This document shows, one piece after another, positions 61,590 to 64,000 of a DNA stretch of 64,000 bases (positions within the stretch are counted from its first letter, which is position 1; each line of letters opens with the position of its first letter). Location of the stretch: assembly GCF_964213995.1 (NCBI RefSeq), contig NW_027590119.1, positions 1,364,001 through 1,428,000 of the forward strand, in the 5' to 3' direction. Source of the DNA: Mustelus asterias (taxonomy: Eukaryota). A program made the translations under genes and the position numbers. Below the pieces are notes generated by a model that was not told the DNA's origin, did no database searches, and saw only the letters and a program-made list of their open reading frames with translations.

Positions 61590-64000
61590 ATTCCCAGGTG
61601 CCCCTGCGGTTGTGAACGTGCCCTATTCTTCCGGTGAAGCGGGCAGAGAGGGGAGTGATTTTTGGAGGGCAGAACTGGAAGATAAGCTGAATTTATTTTT
61701 ACTTACTTTTTTCGGAGTTGTTTTTTTCCTGAGAAACAGGAAACCGGAAGTCAGCCGTAGGGAGACCTGGGACGGTTTTTTTTTTGCCCACTAAATTTGA
61801 ACGGGGAGGTAACCCGAGACTCTACACGTGTAGAGTCTCCCACCCTCCCTCCTCCTCTAACCTAAAAAAAAAGACTCTGCGTGAGAGCAGGTGAGCTTTC
61901 TTTTTCTTTTTCTTTTCTCTTTCATTTATTAGTTCGGGAAGTTAGCAGGGATGTCAGTGCAGGCAGTGCAATGTTCCTCCTGTGGGATGTGTGAGGTGAG
62001 GGACACCATTAGTGTCCCAGCTGAGTACACCTGCAGGAAGTGCACCCAATTCCAGCTCCTTGAAGACTGTGTTAGGGATCTGGAGTTGGAACTGGATGAA
62101 CTCAGGATCATTCGGGAGGCAGAGACAGTTATAGATAAAAGCTACAGGGAGGTTCATACTCCTAGGAATGAGGATACTTGGGTGACTGTTAGAAAGGGTA
62201 AGAAGCAGACAGTGCAGCGATCCCCTGTGGCCGTTCCTCTGTATAACAAGTATACCGTTTTGGATCCTGTTGGGGAGGGCGACTTACCAGGGGTAAGCCA
62301 TGGGGTACAGGTCTCTGGCACAGAGTCTGTCCCTGTTGCTCAGAAGGGAAAGGGGGGGAGGAGTAGAGCATTAGTCATTGGGAACTGCATAGTTAGGGGG
62401 ACAGATCGGAGATTCTGTGAGAGCGAGAGGGACTCGCGGCTGGTGTGTTGCCTCCCAGGTGCCAGGGTCTTTGATGTCTCGGATCGTGTTTTCAAGATCC
62501 TTAAGGGGGAAGGGGACCAGCCCCAAGTTGTGGTCCACACAGGCACCAATGACATAGGTAGGAAAAGAGATGGGGATGTAAGGCAGAAATTCAGGGAGTT
62601 AGGGTGGAAGCTTAGAGCGAGAACAAATAGAGTTGTTATCTCTGGTTTGTTACCCGTGCCACGTGCTAGTGAGGAGAGGAATAGGGAGAGAGAGCAGTTG
62701 AACACGTGGCTACAGGAATGGTGCAGGAGGGAAGGATTTAGATACCTGGATAATTGGCGCTCATTCTGGGGTAGGTGGGACCTCTACAAACGGGATGGTC
62801 TTCACCTGGACCAGAGGGGTACTAATATCCTGGGGGGGAAATTTGCTAATGCTCTTCGGGAGGGTTTAAACTAATTCGGCAGGGGGGTGGGAACCTGGAT
62901 TTCTGCTCCAGTGTACAGGAGGATGTGAGTGGTGAGGTGATGAATAAGATTTCAAGGTCGCAGGAGTGTACCGGCAGGCAGGAAGGTGCTTTGAAGTGTG
63001 TCTACTTCAATGCCAGGAGCATCCGGAATAACGTGGGTGAACTTGCAGCATGGGCTGGTACCTGGGACTTCGATGTTGTGGCCATTTCGGGGACATGGAT
63101 AGAGCAGGGACAGGAATGGTTGTTGCAGGTTCCGGGGTTTAGATGTTTCAGTAAGATCAGGGAAGGTGGTAAAAGAGGAGGAGGTGCGGCATTGTTAGTC
63201 AAGGACAGTATTACGGTGGCAGAAAGGATGTTTGATGAGGACTCGTCTACTGAGGTAGTATGGGCTGAGGTTAGAAACAGGAAAGGAGAGGTCACCCTGA
63301 TGGGAGTTTTCTATAGGTCTCCGAAAAGTTCCAGAGATGTAGAGGAAAAGATTGCAAAGATGATTCTGGATAGGAGCGAAAGTAACAGGGCAGTTGTTAT
63401 GGGGGACTTTAACTTTACAAATATTGACTGGAAATGCTATAGTTCGAGTACTTTAGATGGGTCAGTTTTTGTCCAATGTGTGCAGGAGGGTTTGCTGACA
63501 CAGTATGTAGATAGACCAACAAGAGGCGAGGCCACATTGGATTTGGTACTGGGTAATGAACCAGGCCAGGTGTTAGATTTGGAGGTAGGTGAACACTTTG
63601 GTGATAGTGACCACAATTCGGTTACGTTTACTTTAGCAATGGAAAGGGATAGGTATACACCGCAGGGCAAGTATTATAGCTGGGGGAAAGGAAATTATGA
63701 TGCGATTAGGCGAGATTTAGGATGCACAGGATGGGGAAGAAATCTGTAGGGGATGGGCACAATTGAAATGTGGAGCTTGTTCAATGAACAGCTACTGCGT
63801 GTCCTTGATAAGTATGTACCTGTCAGGCAAGGAGGTAGTGGTCGAGCGGGGGAACCGTGGTTTACTAAAGAAGTTGAATCTCTTGTGAAGAGGAAGAAGG
63901 AGACTTATGTAAAGATGAGACGTGAAGGCTCAGTTAGGGCGCTTGAGAGTTACAAGTTCGCCAGGAAGGAGCTGAAGAGAGAGCTAAGAAGAGCCAGGAG
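61590..64000 (+). mobile_element. Second CR1 family, 5' half (runs off the window)
   Basis: 5' UTR with CCGGAAGT; ORF1 61951-62874 (GTND, DGLHL; GDS decayed to GNC); ORF2 APE domain with a premature TAG at 63747. 5' boundary approximate. Confidence 0.9.

Overview
Vertebrate nuclear DNA, most likely a shark or other chondrichthyan (HE1-type V-SINEs, a SacSINE1-type SINE, abundant CR1, Rex1, Tx1 and Penelope elements). The window is a birth-and-death cluster of C2H2 zinc-finger (ZNF) genes with no recognisable KRAB, SCAN or BTB domain. Two ZNF ORFs are intact (33777-35123, 16 fingers; 39017-39997, 11 fingers); about eight other copies are frameshifted or fragmentary. The cluster is built from a tandem segmental duplication (about 1-14490 vs 16884-33197) and an inverted paralogous block (37769-44292 vs 2078-7685). 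Most genes sit next to a recurrent CpG-rich promoter cassette. The right end holds two satellite arrays, one intact full-length CR1 LINE and the 5' half of a second CR1. Main unexplained signals: (1) a frame-conserved C-terminal peptide ([18 protein letters not shown]) behind a codon that is TGA in some paralogs and sense in others; (2) an invariant TGGAGGACC-N14-GGTCCTCCA dyad plus a ~340-bp near-identical leader in otherwise diverged ZNF genes; (3) a U_UUA_AAC -1 frameshift heptamer at the ORF1/ORF2 junction of two divergent CR1s; (4) vestigial fingers in the 5' leader with a start codon made from a finger linker; (5) several Penelope hammerhead-ribozyme motifs. All calls come from reading the sequence by eye; no searches or alignments were run, and boundaries are approximate unless a TSD is given.
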